From assembly GCA_028873925.1 (NCBI GenBank), contig JAPPNA010000037.1:518-64517 (forward strand): DNA of 64,000 bases. The letters run 5' to 3'. Every line of letters starts with the position of its first letter. Positions within the stretch are counted from its first letter, which is position 1. The notes beneath the pieces were generated by a model, which saw only the letters and a program-made list of their open reading frames with translations, was not told the origin of the DNA and made no database searches. This stretch comes from Bacteroidota bacterium (GTDB taxonomy: Bacteria > Bacteroidota > Rhodothermia > Rhodothermales > Bin80). Shown in pieces: positions 1 through 9,373 of this stretch. The position numbers and the translations under genes are program-made.

Positions 1-475
1 TTTCTCCGAGATAGCTTCCGATCATAGCCTCATAACGCACCACGATAAACGACACGGACAACGATTCAGCAATTGCTTCCGCCAGTGCTGTCTTACCATT
101 ACCGGGCGGCCCGATCAGAAGAACGCGATGTCGCGGCTCCAGTGAATGTGCGCGCAGTACCGAAGCACGGTGCTGCTCTTCTATCAGATCTCTGCACGCT
201 TGCGCATTCCCTGCCGACAAAACCAGATCTTCCAGGTGCCGATGCGGGACCAGCTCAGTTGCAAATCGGCGCCACAGGGAATTCTCCCGGCCCATGTAGG
301 CCGCTTTTGTTTGCCGTGCACCGTTGGAAGCTGCTCGCAGGAGGCGGTCCGCAAGCACATGGTGATTCTTGGCTCGCTCGTCTGCGATGATGGCCTCAGT
401 GACACTCCTGACACCCTCTTGGTCACCCGCAGCGCTCGCTTTAACCAAAGACACTAGCAGATCCGCCCGTGCCAT
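1..475 (-). CDS. AAA+ ATPase, N-terminal part (gene runs off the left edge of the window)
   Basis: The minus-strand frame is open from the window edge to an ATG at 475-473. It is not in the ORF track because it is truncated. My translation is MARADLLVSLVKASAAGDQEGVRSVTEAIIADERAKNHH...LEPRHRVLLIGPPGNGKTALAEAIAESLSVSFIVVRYEAMIGSYLGE. GPPGNGKT is a Walker A P-loop in typical AAA+ context, preceded by about 125 aa of helical N-domain. Confidence 0.7.
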   Translation of the reverse strand, partial: MARADLLVSLVKASAAGDQEGVRSVTEAIIADERAKNHHVLADRLLRAASNGARQTKAAYMGRENSLWRRFATELVPHRHLEDLVLSAGNAQACRDLIEEQHRASVLRAHSLEPRHRVLLIGPPGNGKTALAEAIAESLSVSFIVVRYEAMIGSYLGE

Positions 476-596
476 AAAATTTGTCGGTCAGCCATTGATT
501 ATTTCGCCCCAGTATGCCTCTCCCCACTCCCGGAGCCCGGGGCATCCGGCCAAATCGGAGGAGCTGACCGGCAATGCAGTTCTCAGATGTGCATTA

Positions 597-1847
597 CTAA
601 TGCGGATACGACCGCAGGTTCTCGCCCGTATACAGCTGACGGGGGCGGTGCAGACGACCGCCGGACGCGCGCATCTCCTTCCAGTGGGCTATCCAGCCGG
701 GCAGACGACCGAGTGCGAACAGAACAGTGAACATACTGGTGGGCAGTCCAATCGCGCGGTATACAATGCCGCTGTAAAAATCCAGATTCGGGTAAAGCCC
801 GCGGGCAATAAAGTACTCGTCCTCCAATGCAACACGCTCCAGATTCCTGGCAATATCCAAAAGCGGATCCTGCCGATTCAACTGCGTCAGCACCCGGTCG
901 CAGGCCTCTTTGATCAGAATTGATCTGGGATCAAAGTTCTTGTATACCCGATGACCAAATCCCATCAGTCTGAATGGGTCGTTTCTGTCTTTGGCCCTGT
1001 TGACATACTTGCGGTAATTGGCCCCATCAGCCCGGATCGCCTCAAGCATCTCAATCACCGCCATGTTGGCCCCCCCGTGAAGGGGACCGGATAACGCGCT
1101 CACACCGGAGGAAATCGTGCTGTACAAATCCGCACCGCTGCTGCCGACCATACGGACCGTGGAAGTACTGCAGTTCTGCTCATGATCCGCATGCAGAATC
1201 AGCAGCATGTCCAGCGCACGGTGGACCACATCCGACACTTCACAGGGCTCCGAAGGCACCGCAAACATCATGTGCAGAAAATCCGCCACAAATTCCAGAT
1301 CATTCCGCGGGTACACGAACGGCTGCCCGATGGACTTCTTGAAGGCAAAGGCGGCTATGGTCTTGAGTTTGGCCAGAAGCCGGATGATGTTGAGCTCCGT
1401 GTCCTCTTCCGTATCCGAGTAGTATGTGGAAAGCGACGCGACCATGGCGGACAGCACCGCCATCGGCTGCGCACTCGGCGGGAATCCCTCATAGAGCTTT
1501 TTCATGTCCTCATGCAGCAGCGTGTGCATGCGCAGCCGCTCCGCAAAATCGCTCAGCTGGTACGGGTCCGGCAGCGCACCGTACACAAGCAGATACATGA
1601 CCTCTATGAATGTGGACCGGGCCGCCAGATCCTCAATGGCATAGCCGCGGTATCGCAGAATGCCCTGCTCCCCGTCAATGAACGTAATGGAGCTCGTGCA
1701 GGACCCCGTGTTGCCATAGCCCGGGTCCAACGTTATCGCGCCGGATTCCCTGCGCAGAGCGCTAATATCTATGCCGACCTCATGCTCGGTACCGACATGG
1801 ACCGGCAGCGTGAACTCGTGACCATCAAACAGCAGGGTTGCGTCCAT
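597..1847 (-). CDS. gltA: citrate synthase
   Basis: 416-aa ORF with the citrate synthase signature GFGHRVYKNFDPR, plus LHADHEQNCSTSTVR and the LPGWIAHW C-terminal region. Confidence 0.95.
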   Translation of the reverse strand: MDATLLFDGHEFTLPVHVGTEHEVGIDISALRRESGAITLDPGYGNTGSCTSSITFIDGEQGILRYRGYAIEDLAARSTFIEVMYLLVYGALPDPYQLSDFAERLRMHTLLHEDMKKLYEGFPPSAQPMAVLSAMVASLSTYYSDTEEDTELNIIRLLAKLKTIAAFAFKKSIGQPFVYPRNDLEFVADFLHMMFAVPSEPCEVSDVVHRALDMLLILHADHEQNCSTSTVRMVGSSGADLYSTISSGVSALSGPLHGGANMAVIEMLEAIRADGANYRKYVNRAKDRNDPFRLMGFGHRVYKNFDPRSILIKEACDRVLTQLNRQDPLLDIARNLERVALEDEYFIARGLYPNLDFYSGIVYRAIGLPTSMFTVLFALGRLPGWIAHWKEMRASGGRLHRPRQLYTGENLRSYPH

Positions 1848-2025
1848 CTGGGGGTTCTCCTCAATTCTATTCGGCCAAAATATGACAACCGGACCGGAAT
1901 TCGATTGTACCCTGCATTCAGCCGTTCGGTCGAACCGAAACCCGCTGCGCGTGTTTCAGGCATTGCCTCTGGAATCGGTGATGGTTCTTCCAGCTCATAA
2001 TAAGCCCGATAAGCCGGGGATCTGG

Positions 2026-2346
2026 ATGAATTTTGACAACACCGTTTCAATCTATCAGGTGGTGGGGACCGATACGGGATTCATGGAGGCGGCTCAGGAC
2101 TCCTTCCGACTTCTCAAGGATGCTCAGGATCAGTTCCCCGACTGGCCTCGGATATTCTACTTGGAAGTCAGCGGCCACCGCTCCCCAACGCGGCAGTTTG
2201 ATGAAGATTTTGTAGAATTTCAGCAGGAGTTCTGGTTTTCCACCATCGCGCCGTTTCTGACCTGCTTTGACCTGCCGCTGACCGGCCCTCTGGCGAACCC
2301 GGATGAGCAGCGTAACGATCTCCCGGATTCGCTGGTTGTCCGGTAG
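2026..2346 (+). CDS. hypothetical small acidic protein (about 106 aa)
   Basis: Internal ATG at 2026 of ORF 1882..2346 (MNFDNTVSIYQVVGTDTGFMEAAQDSF...). No recognisable motif. Support is ORF length and intergenic position only. Confidence 0.35.
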   Translation: MNFDNTVSIYQVVGTDTGFMEAAQDSFRLLKDAQDQFPDWPRIFYLEVSGHRSPTRQFDEDFVEFQQEFWFSTIAPFLTCFDLPLTGPLANPDEQRNDLPDSLVVR

Positions 2347-2460
2347 CGCGCGATCATGCCCGAAGACCGCACACAATTTGCCGCAGGATGCATAGATTCA
2401 ACGGTTATTCTGTATGCTGCCTGATTTGATGATTGCGAATCCCTACGACTTCCGTGCCGC

Positions 2461-3726
2461 ATGCTCCGAATAATGACCACCATCTTGGCCGTTCTGGCCG
2501 CAGCTGTGACCCTGGTCTACAACCCGGGCCCTGAGCAGTGGCACTGGTATCTGCCGGCCGCAGCACTCGTGCTGACCGTTGTCGTAGCCTGGACTTACGG
2601 CGGTTTCAGAAGAAAACAGCCCCGTCCGAAGTCTCTGGTGGCTAAGGATTCACAGGAAGAAGAAATTGACGAGGAATTTGAAGGCATTGTCAGCATCCGG
2701 CCGGTTGCAGCGATTTCGGCCGATCAGGAGGCGGACGATGGCAGCCAGCCGAATGCCGAAAAATACGCCTCGGAGGAAGGGACCGCCGACCCGGAGGCAG
2801 ACACAAACGACCGCCATGGTGCGTATGCAGACCCGACAGCCGAAAGCAAAACCCGGTTCAGCTCCCTGCCCAACCCGGAAGACTCGCGGGCCCTGAATGG
2901 TATTTTGGAGGGATTCCGGGCGGCTATCGGCGGCCACGCTGTTGGGGCACTCCGCCAACTTACCGAAGATGGCCAGGAATTCACCATTCTGGGTACGGCA
3001 GGCCTTGACTGGGCCAAGGCCCGTGGAGACCGCTTCCATTGTCAGGTGCCGCTGCTGTCCAGCTCACAACGCATGATCGTTCGATCGGTCAATGCCACCG
3101 ACCTGCCCGCCAGATACCTGACCTATTCGTTCAACGCTGGCATGATCAAGCGCGTGGCTATCACCCGCATCGGAGCCACATCCATTGTCCTGCTCATCGA
3201 CACCGTCGACGAATACGGACTGATGCATCCCAAAACAGCGGACCTGATCGACCTCTTCGCACAGACGCTCAATCTGCTCTTCTATCGCGAAGACCCGCTG
3301 AGGCCAAGGCACGAAATCATTTCTGAAGAAATCGCCAGGGCCCGGGTGCGAGGTCAGGAGCTGGCACTGGCTCTGGTCATGCTCAACAATGCCGAATCGG
3401 TGTCCAAACTGGGTCGCGGCCTGATTCGGCAGGTGGAAGGCAGCATGGTGGCAAGTCTCAAACGCTCGGCGATGTCACATCGCGTTGAGAAATTCGGAGA
3501 GCTCCTCTTCGGCGTGTTTACCGATGGCCGCCGGGCCAGTCTGGAGGTCTGGCATGCACAGGTGCGCGCAGCCATCGCCGAGGATAATGTGAATCTGGAC
3601 GGGGGCGTTACCATCGGCATTGCCGTACTCAATGAGCGCCATACCGATGCCATAGCCCTGCGGGAGGATGCCCGAAAAGCACTCGTTGAAGCCTACAGCC
3701 GGGGCGGACGCACCGTTATTGCCTGA
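2461..3726 (+). CDS. membrane protein with a central sensor-like region (possibly GAF) and a C-terminal degenerate GGDEF domain
   Basis: Two N-terminal hydrophobic helices (ILAVLAAAVTLVY, LPAAALVLTVVVAW) are followed by an acidic low-complexity linker. The C-terminus has GGDEF-domain architecture (LALALVMLNN...VEKFGELLFGVF...GVTIGIAV). The active-site GG(D/E)EF is replaced by GELLF, so it is probably non-catalytic. Confidence 0.6.
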   Translation: MLRIMTTILAVLAAAVTLVYNPGPEQWHWYLPAAALVLTVVVAWTYGGFRRKQPRPKSLVAKDSQEEEIDEEFEGIVSIRPVAAISADQEADDGSQPNAEKYASEEGTADPEADTNDRHGAYADPTAESKTRFSSLPNPEDSRALNGILEGFRAAIGGHAVGALRQLTEDGQEFTILGTAGLDWAKARGDRFHCQVPLLSSSQRMIVRSVNATDLPARYLTYSFNAGMIKRVAITRIGATSIVLLIDTVDEYGLMHPKTADLIDLFAQTLNLLFYREDPLRPRHEIISEEIARARVRGQELALALVMLNNAESVSKLGRGLIRQVEGSMVASLKRSAMSHRVEKFGELLFGVFTDGRRASLEVWHAQVRAAIAEDNVNLDGGVTIGIAVLNERHTDAIALREDARKALVEAYSRGGRTVIA

Positions 3727-4375
3727 CCGCGCGCTCCGAAACCAGCGGCACAAACCGGAACAGTCCCAACTCAGATTTTTCAAACTGATCCAGACCGGTG
3801 CGCTCCCACCGGGTCATGGTCTGGCCGCTGCGATCCCCGACCGGAATGATCAGCCGCCCGCCCGGGACCTTGAGCTGATGCAACAGCGCATGCGGGATCT
3901 CCACCGCAGCGCAGGTTACCAGAATTCCGTCAAACGGAGCGCAGTTCTCCCACCCCGCCGCACCATCGCCCACGCGCAGGAACGCGCGGTAGCCCAGGGA
4001 ATGGAGCAGTTTCTGTGAGCGGACCGACAGGGCATAGTGTCGCTCCACCGAGTATACGCGGGCCCCCATTTCGCAAAGTACGGCCGCCTGATAGCCACTG
4101 CCGGTCCCGACTTCCAGCACAGTCTCACCTACCTTTGGATCCAGCAGTTCAGTCTGATAGGCGACCGTGAAAGGCTGCGAGATGGTTTGCTTCAACCCGA
4201 TGGGCAAGGCCTTATCCTCGTATGCGTGATCCCGAAGGCCAGGCTCAATAAATTTTTCGCGCGCAATGTGGCCGATCGCCTCCAGTACCCGATCATTGCG
4301 GATCCCCTTGGCGCGAAGATCCGCTACCAGGGCCGCCCGCCTTCGAGTAAAAATCCGCTCAGTGCCGAGCATCAC
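3716..4375 (-). CDS. pcm: protein-L-isoaspartate O-methyltransferase
   Basis: 219 aa with TISQPFTVAYQTELL and the SAM-binding motif VLEVGTGSGYQAAVL. It directly abuts the cdaA stop. Confidence 0.9.
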   Translation of the reverse strand: MMLGTERIFTRRRAALVADLRAKGIRNDRVLEAIGHIAREKFIEPGLRDHAYEDKALPIGLKQTISQPFTVAYQTELLDPKVGETVLEVGTGSGYQAAVLCEMGARVYSVERHYALSVRSQKLLHSLGYRAFLRVGDGAAGWENCAPFDGILVTCAAVEIPHALLHQLKVPGGRLIIPVGDRSGQTMTRWERTGLDQFEKSELGLFRFVPLVSERAVRQ

Positions 4376-5188
4376 CTAGTCCTCTGATGATGCCAGCGCC
4401 GCCGCGGATACGCGCGTAAGACCGAGCGCTTCAGACAAATGCCCGCGCAGCTCACTTACCGTCACATTGGAAATCATGCTGCCCTGCTCCACGACGGATA
4501 TTCGACCGGTCTCCTCTGAAACGACCACCACAAAGGCATCGGTTTCTTCGGTCAGGCCCACCGCCGCCCGATGTCGGAGTCCGTGAGTCGGCCCGACGCG
4601 CTGGTTTTTGGATATGGGCAGAATACAGCGGGCCGCCTGCACCCTCCCCTCCGCAATGATCACCGCCCCGTCATGAAGCAGGTTGTGCGTATCAAAAATC
4701 CACTCCAGCAGCTCCCGGGTCAGACTGGTATTGAAGGCCTCGCCCGTCTCAATATAGGTCCGCAAACCGGCATACCGCTTGAAGACCAGCAAGGCCCCTA
4801 CGCGCCGCTCACTGAAGCCGGCCACAGCCTCCACCGCCTCGCGAATCGCCTCCACCACGGACTTCTGTTCGTAGGCCATGGGCGTAAAGACCTGCCTGAA
4901 AAGTGGATTCTCGCCGAAAATCTGAAGTGCCCGGCGGATTTCAGGCTGAAAGATGATCACCACGGCCAGCACATAGATGTCGCTTAGCGCCCCGAAAGTC
5001 GCCTGCAGAATCTTCATCCCGGTCGCATTGACGAGGAACTGGACCAGATAAAGCCCCAGCAGCCCGGCAAATATGGAAACCGCGAGCGTACCCCGGATCA
5101 TCATGTACAATTTGTACAGGATGTAGGCCACCAGCAGGATTTCAATGAAATCCAGCAGCCTTACCGGTATGATACCAAACAGGGTCAC
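4376..5188 (-). CDS. cdaA: diadenylate cyclase (c-di-AMP synthase), membrane-anchored CdaA type
   Basis: N-terminal TM helices plus a DisA_N/DAC domain (DGAVII, RHRAAVGLTEETDAFVVVVSEETGRISV). The start overlaps the folP stop. Confidence 0.9.
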   Translation of the reverse strand: MTLFGIIPVRLLDFIEILLVAYILYKLYMMIRGTLAVSIFAGLLGLYLVQFLVNATGMKILQATFGALSDIYVLAVVIIFQPEIRRALQIFGENPLFRQVFTPMAYEQKSVVEAIREAVEAVAGFSERRVGALLVFKRYAGLRTYIETGEAFNTSLTRELLEWIFDTHNLLHDGAVIIAEGRVQAARCILPISKNQRVGPTHGLRHRAAVGLTEETDAFVVVVSEETGRISVVEQGSMISNVTVSELRGHLSEALGLTRVSAAALASSED

Positions 5189-6087
5189 GCGTGCTCGGGG
5201 TGGTCTTGACGAACGATCAGATCCAGGACACGCAGCATATCCACGGTGGGCTTCACATCATGGGTGCGCACAATATGGGCCCCGCGCAATACCGCGACCG
5301 CGGTCGCCCCCAGCGTGCCGCCGAGGCGGTCCTGAACGGGTGCAGGCTCATCGCCCGTCGCAATTGCCGCGCCGATAGTGCTTTTGCGGGAGATACCGAC
5401 CATAACGGGACAGTTCAGCGGAGCCAGATGATTGAGCCTGTTCAGTAGACGGAGGTTATCGTGGAAAGATTTGCCAAATCCAAAGCCTGGGTCTACGATA
5501 ACATCTCTTACTCCAGTGGCCCTGGCCTGCTCCACAGCACCATCCAGAAATCGGTACACGGTTTCTTCCACGCACGCGTAAGCGTGCTCGTGCGGCATCG
5601 ATCCCGGCAATCCGATGGCATGCATGACAACCAGCGGTGCCTCTGCCGCACCGGCCAGTGCGGCCAGCCCGGGGGCTGCCCGCAGACCGGTGATATCATT
5701 TAGCATATGCGCTCCGGCATCCAGTGCCGCCTCGGCCACCGGCAGCCGATACGTATCTATGGACAGGACGACTTGGGGGACAGCATCGGCAACAGCCCTT
5801 ACGACGGGGAGTACGCGGCGGGCTTCCTCCTCTTCGGTAAGCAATTCAGCGCCCTTGCCGTATATTCGCCCTGCGGGTCTTGAGGAGGCACCGCCAATGT
5901 CAATAATCTGCGCACCCGCCATGGCCATTGCTCGCGCGCGCCGGACCGCATCGGCAACCTTCATATAGCGTCCGCCATCGTAAAATGAATCCGGCGTTAC
6001 ATTCAGGATGCCCATCACCACCGGCCCTGCCCCGCAATCAATCCGTTGTCCGCGGCAACTGATAATCAGATGGCGGGAATTGGCCAT
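5185..6087 (-). CDS. folP: dihydropteroate synthase
   Basis: Pterin-binding domain motifs (VMGILNVTPDSFYDGG, IIDIGGASSRP, LSIDT, VGISRKS). The track ORF extends to 6459, but the conserved protein begins at the internal ATG at 6087 (MANSRHL...). The longer version would overlap the divergent GH3 gene. Confidence 0.9.
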   Translation of the reverse strand: MANSRHLIISCRGQRIDCGAGPVVMGILNVTPDSFYDGGRYMKVADAVRRARAMAMAGAQIIDIGGASSRPAGRIYGKGAELLTEEEEARRVLPVVRAVADAVPQVVLSIDTYRLPVAEAALDAGAHMLNDITGLRAAPGLAALAGAAEAPLVVMHAIGLPGSMPHEHAYACVEETVYRFLDGAVEQARATGVRDVIVDPGFGFGKSFHDNLRLLNRLNHLAPLNCPVMVGISRKSTIGAAIATGDEPAPVQDRLGGTLGATAVAVLRGAHIVRTHDVKPTVDMLRVLDLIVRQDHPEHA

Positions 6088-6156
6088 TGAATCGTTAGAC
6101 TTGACAAATTCCTGATAGATCACACCCGGTACGACGAGTTTACGGAATCGCGCATC

Positions 6157-7731
6157 ATGAACAACGGTACTGACCCTTATAAAGCGTTGAAGGTACCAGG
6201 TTTGCTCTATACGCTGCCATCTCATAACCGGCAGCCGCCCGGCAGGATTCAGCAGCGTCTGCTGCGGCGGTTGCTCCGACGGGCATCCAACACGGAATGG
6301 GGAAGGCAATTCGGATTTGAATCGCTGGCAGGCAGGCCCGAGCTTGTGCGTGCCTACCAGGATCGCGTTCCGCTGTGCTCCTATGATACCCTGCGCGAGG
6401 ACATAAACCAGGTCCGTGCCGGCTGCTCGGATATCCTTTGGCCGGGAAAAACGCAACACTTCGCGGTGTCCAGCGGGACGACTTCAGCCGGCAAGATTAT
6501 CCCGGTCTCGCAGGATATGCTTCGAATGAATCGAAGGTTCACACTGGAGATTGCCCTGTCGTATTTCTTCAATACGGGCAATATCCGACTGTTTACCGGA
6601 AAGCACCTGGCCCTGCCCGGATACATAGAAGAGGATTCGGCCTATCCCGGCACGATTATCGGCGAAGTAAGCGGACTGCAATCCCTGTTCGCCCCCAAGT
6701 TGTACGGATTGCTGCAGGCCCTGCCTACCGCCATAATCCGGGAACCTGATTGGGACCGCAAGCTTCACGCCATCGCAGAGCGTGCCATCGGCCTGGATGT
6801 CCGCCTGGTAGCCATGGCTCCGAGTTGGGCCGTGGTGCTGTTCCAGATTATGATTGACCGCTACAATGCGCAACATGAACGCAAGGTCAGCACCATCGGC
6901 GAAATCTGGCCAAATCTGCAGCTGTACATCTCTGGAGGGGTGGCGCTGAGCTCATATCGGACCCTGCTTGAACAGCAGATTGGTCGTTCCGATATGGATT
7001 TTCTTGAAGTCTACGGTGCCTCGGAAGGATTCTTCTCGCTCCAGACCATGCTTGGGGATACCTCCATGCTGCTGCATCTGAATAACGGCGTATTTTTTGA
7101 ATTTATCCGCCTGCATGAACTCCATGCCCCCCAACCTACCCGGTACGCGATTGAAGAGGTGGAGTTCAATGAGCGCTACGTTCCGGTGCTGACCACATGC
7201 AGTGGACTGTGGGCTTACGTCCTGGGCGATGTCATACGATTTACGCACCTGTCGCCTCACAAGATTGTGGTCGCCGGCCGCACCTCGGACATGCTTGACC
7301 TTTACGGTGAGGCCGTGTTCGGTGAGGAAGTGCAGCAAAGTATGACTGAAGCCTGTTCAGCCGCAAGTGCGCACCTGCGTGAGTACCATGTGACGACACG
7401 CGCGCCGGATGCCGATCGGATGCCAGCCATGGAATGGCTCATCGAATTTGACCAGCCCCCACTGGATCCTCAGCACTTTATCCGGACGCTCGACTCCCAC
7501 CTGATCCGCACCAATCGTCATTATGCGATTCGGCGTGAAGCGCGAGCCTTTGCCCCCCCGGAGCTCATTACCGTACCCGTCGGAACCTTTCACGACTGGC
7601 TGCGACGCACCCGATCGGCGGTCGGCAGTCAGTCGAAAGTACCTCGTCTTAGTGAGATAGCGACCGTGCGCGATGGCATTCTGTCGGTGGCAGGTGAACA
7701 GGCGTGCCGCATACCGCTCAACGGTCACTGA
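6157..7731 (+). CDS. GH3 auxin-responsive-promoter family protein (acyl-adenylate-forming fold)
   Basis: 524 aa with the SSGTTSAGKIIP AMP-binding-like motif. Overall length and layout are typical of bacterial GH3 family proteins. Confidence 0.8.
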   Translation: MNNGTDPYKALKVPGLLYTLPSHNRQPPGRIQQRLLRRLLRRASNTEWGRQFGFESLAGRPELVRAYQDRVPLCSYDTLREDINQVRAGCSDILWPGKTQHFAVSSGTTSAGKIIPVSQDMLRMNRRFTLEIALSYFFNTGNIRLFTGKHLALPGYIEEDSAYPGTIIGEVSGLQSLFAPKLYGLLQALPTAIIREPDWDRKLHAIAERAIGLDVRLVAMAPSWAVVLFQIMIDRYNAQHERKVSTIGEIWPNLQLYISGGVALSSYRTLLEQQIGRSDMDFLEVYGASEGFFSLQTMLGDTSMLLHLNNGVFFEFIRLHELHAPQPTRYAIEEVEFNERYVPVLTTCSGLWAYVLGDVIRFTHLSPHKIVVAGRTSDMLDLYGEAVFGEEVQQSMTEACSAASAHLREYHVTTRAPDADRMPAMEWLIEFDQPPLDPQHFIRTLDSHLIRTNRHYAIRREARAFAPPELITVPVGTFHDWLRRTRSAVGSQSKVPRLSEIATVRDGILSVAGEQACRIPLNGH

Positions 7732-8500
7732 TCAAATGCCTTTCCAGGGCATCCAGCGTCCCGGGATGTCCGCACAGCAGCGGCTGAACCGTAGGTCCGC
7801 CCTCCATAATATCCCGGAGGCTAATCTGACGGCCGTGCAGGTAACGTATGACACCTCCGGCCTCCCGAAGGAGAATCAACCCCGGTGCCAGATCCCAAAT
7901 CATGGATCGGGCCAGCAGCGCAGCATCACCACAACCTGCGGCCGCGTAAGCGGCATGGGCAATCGTAGAGCCCAGACTCCGAACTTTGCCGGGAAAACTG
8001 CGCTCCAGCAGACCCGTGCGATGGATTCGAGAAAATGCCAGTAGCACTGTTTCTTTACCGAGCGGAGCAGGCCTACGCACATGTACAGCCTTACCGTTGC
8101 GCCAGGTCCCATGACCCCTCACGGCCCAGTACCGCTCCCCGGCAGCCGGGCAGGCAAAGAATCCGGCCAGCGGCTCAAATTCCTCCACCAGGGCCAGCCC
8201 AATGCCCCAGGTGGCAAATCCCCGGACAAATGATGCCGTACCATCAATCGGATCAATGATCCAGTGGCGACCCCCGCGCACCGGCTCCCGGCGCAGCGCC
8301 CGCTCTTCCGCAATGATGCCATCGTCAGGATGATTGGCATTCAGCCAGTCAATGATGCAGTCCTGCACGGCAAAATCCGCTTCGGTCACGTAAGACTGCG
8401 AGGATTTCCACTGCGGCTTGACGCGCCCAAAGTAACTTTGCGCAATCGCTTCCGCATCCTTCAGCATGGCCTGCACCGCCGCCAGCTCCGAAGGATTCAT
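7718..8500 (-). CDS. inositol monophosphatase family protein
   Basis: 260 aa with the IMPase motifs WIIDPIDGTASFVRG and WDLAPG. Confidence 0.85.
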   Translation of the reverse strand: MNPSELAAVQAMLKDAEAIAQSYFGRVKPQWKSSQSYVTEADFAVQDCIIDWLNANHPDDGIIAEERALRREPVRGGRHWIIDPIDGTASFVRGFATWGIGLALVEEFEPLAGFFACPAAGERYWAVRGHGTWRNGKAVHVRRPAPLGKETVLLAFSRIHRTGLLERSFPGKVRSLGSTIAHAAYAAAGCGDAALLARSMIWDLAPGLILLREAGGVIRYLHGRQISLRDIMEGGPTVQPLLCGHPGTLDALERHLISDR

Positions 8501-8585
8501 GCTTTGCGAATGCTACGCCGGCGGTTCGGGCGGATCATTAGTCCAGATCCGATACGCGGACGATCAATTCCTTCCAATCCTCCCG

Positions 8586-9266
8586 TCAATCATTGCTGCC
8601 GCCGGCCCGAAGCACGAAATAGAGCAGTGTCATGAGGCTGGATGCGGCCGCAGCTACATACGTCCATGCGGCCGCGTTCAGCACCGCGTCGACACCCTGC
8701 CGCTGTTGCGGACTAACGACGCGGTTTTCGGACAGCCACGCCTTCGCGCGGTTGCTCGCGTCAAACTCCACCGGCAGCGTAACGAGCTGAAACAGCACCG
8801 TGGCCGAAAAAAGCAGTATACCCACCCACAGCAAGCCCTGCATCTGCAGGATGAATCCGCCGATTATGACGAGGTACCCCAGCGTGGATCCGATATTGGC
8901 GGTGGGCACCAAGGTGGATCGCAGCTGAAGAAACGGGTACGCACTGGCATGCTGCACTGCATGCCCGGCTTCGTGACAGGCAACGCCGATGGCCGCTACC
9001 GAATTCTTGTCGTACACATCGGGTGACAGGCTCAGACTGCGTGTAGCCGGATTATAGTGATCCGAAAGGAACCCTCTGCCCCGGTTGATTGCCACATTGA
9101 CGAGTCCGGCCTGGTCCAGCATCACGCGCGCGGCTTGCGCGCCAGTCAGGCGTACCGACACCCGCCCATACTTGCGGAATGCCCCCTTTGTCTTGGCGCT
9201 GGCCCACATGGACAGAATCAGCGCCGGCGCGATCATGATCAGGTAAAGCGGATCAAAAAACAGCAT
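8586..9266 (-). CDS. putative neutral zinc metallopeptidase (Zn_peptidase_2-like membrane protein)
   Basis: HEAGHAVQH zinc-binding motif with flanking TM helices. The start is set at the internal ATG at 9266 (MLFFDPLYLIMIAP...). The upstream 75 aa of the track ORF look non-coding (R/P/C rich). Confidence 0.8.
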   Translation of the reverse strand: MLFFDPLYLIMIAPALILSMWASAKTKGAFRKYGRVSVRLTGAQAARVMLDQAGLVNVAINRGRGFLSDHYNPATRSLSLSPDVYDKNSVAAIGVACHEAGHAVQHASAYPFLQLRSTLVPTANIGSTLGYLVIIGGFILQMQGLLWVGILLFSATVLFQLVTLPVEFDASNRAKAWLSENRVVSPQQRQGVDAVLNAAAWTYVAAAASSLMTLLYFVLRAGGSND

Positions 9267-9373
9267 GGAATACTGACGTTGGTTTGATGGTGTTAGGATC
9301 GCCGAGTCCACTAACCCCGATGGGGTGATTCTGTTCAGGCCCGCGGACACAAGCCACCTGTGCATGTGGTATA

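Noticed and set aside
5185-6459. The full 424-aa track ORF for folP. The same applies to the long versions of ORFs 8586-9491, 40919-42022, 41913-43070, 53181-54878, 54598-56313 and 57570-59036.
   Set aside because: The N-terminal extensions are non-conserved and compositionally non-coding, and they overlap neighbouring genes or promoters. Internal ATGs coincide with the canonical family N-termini, so I used those.
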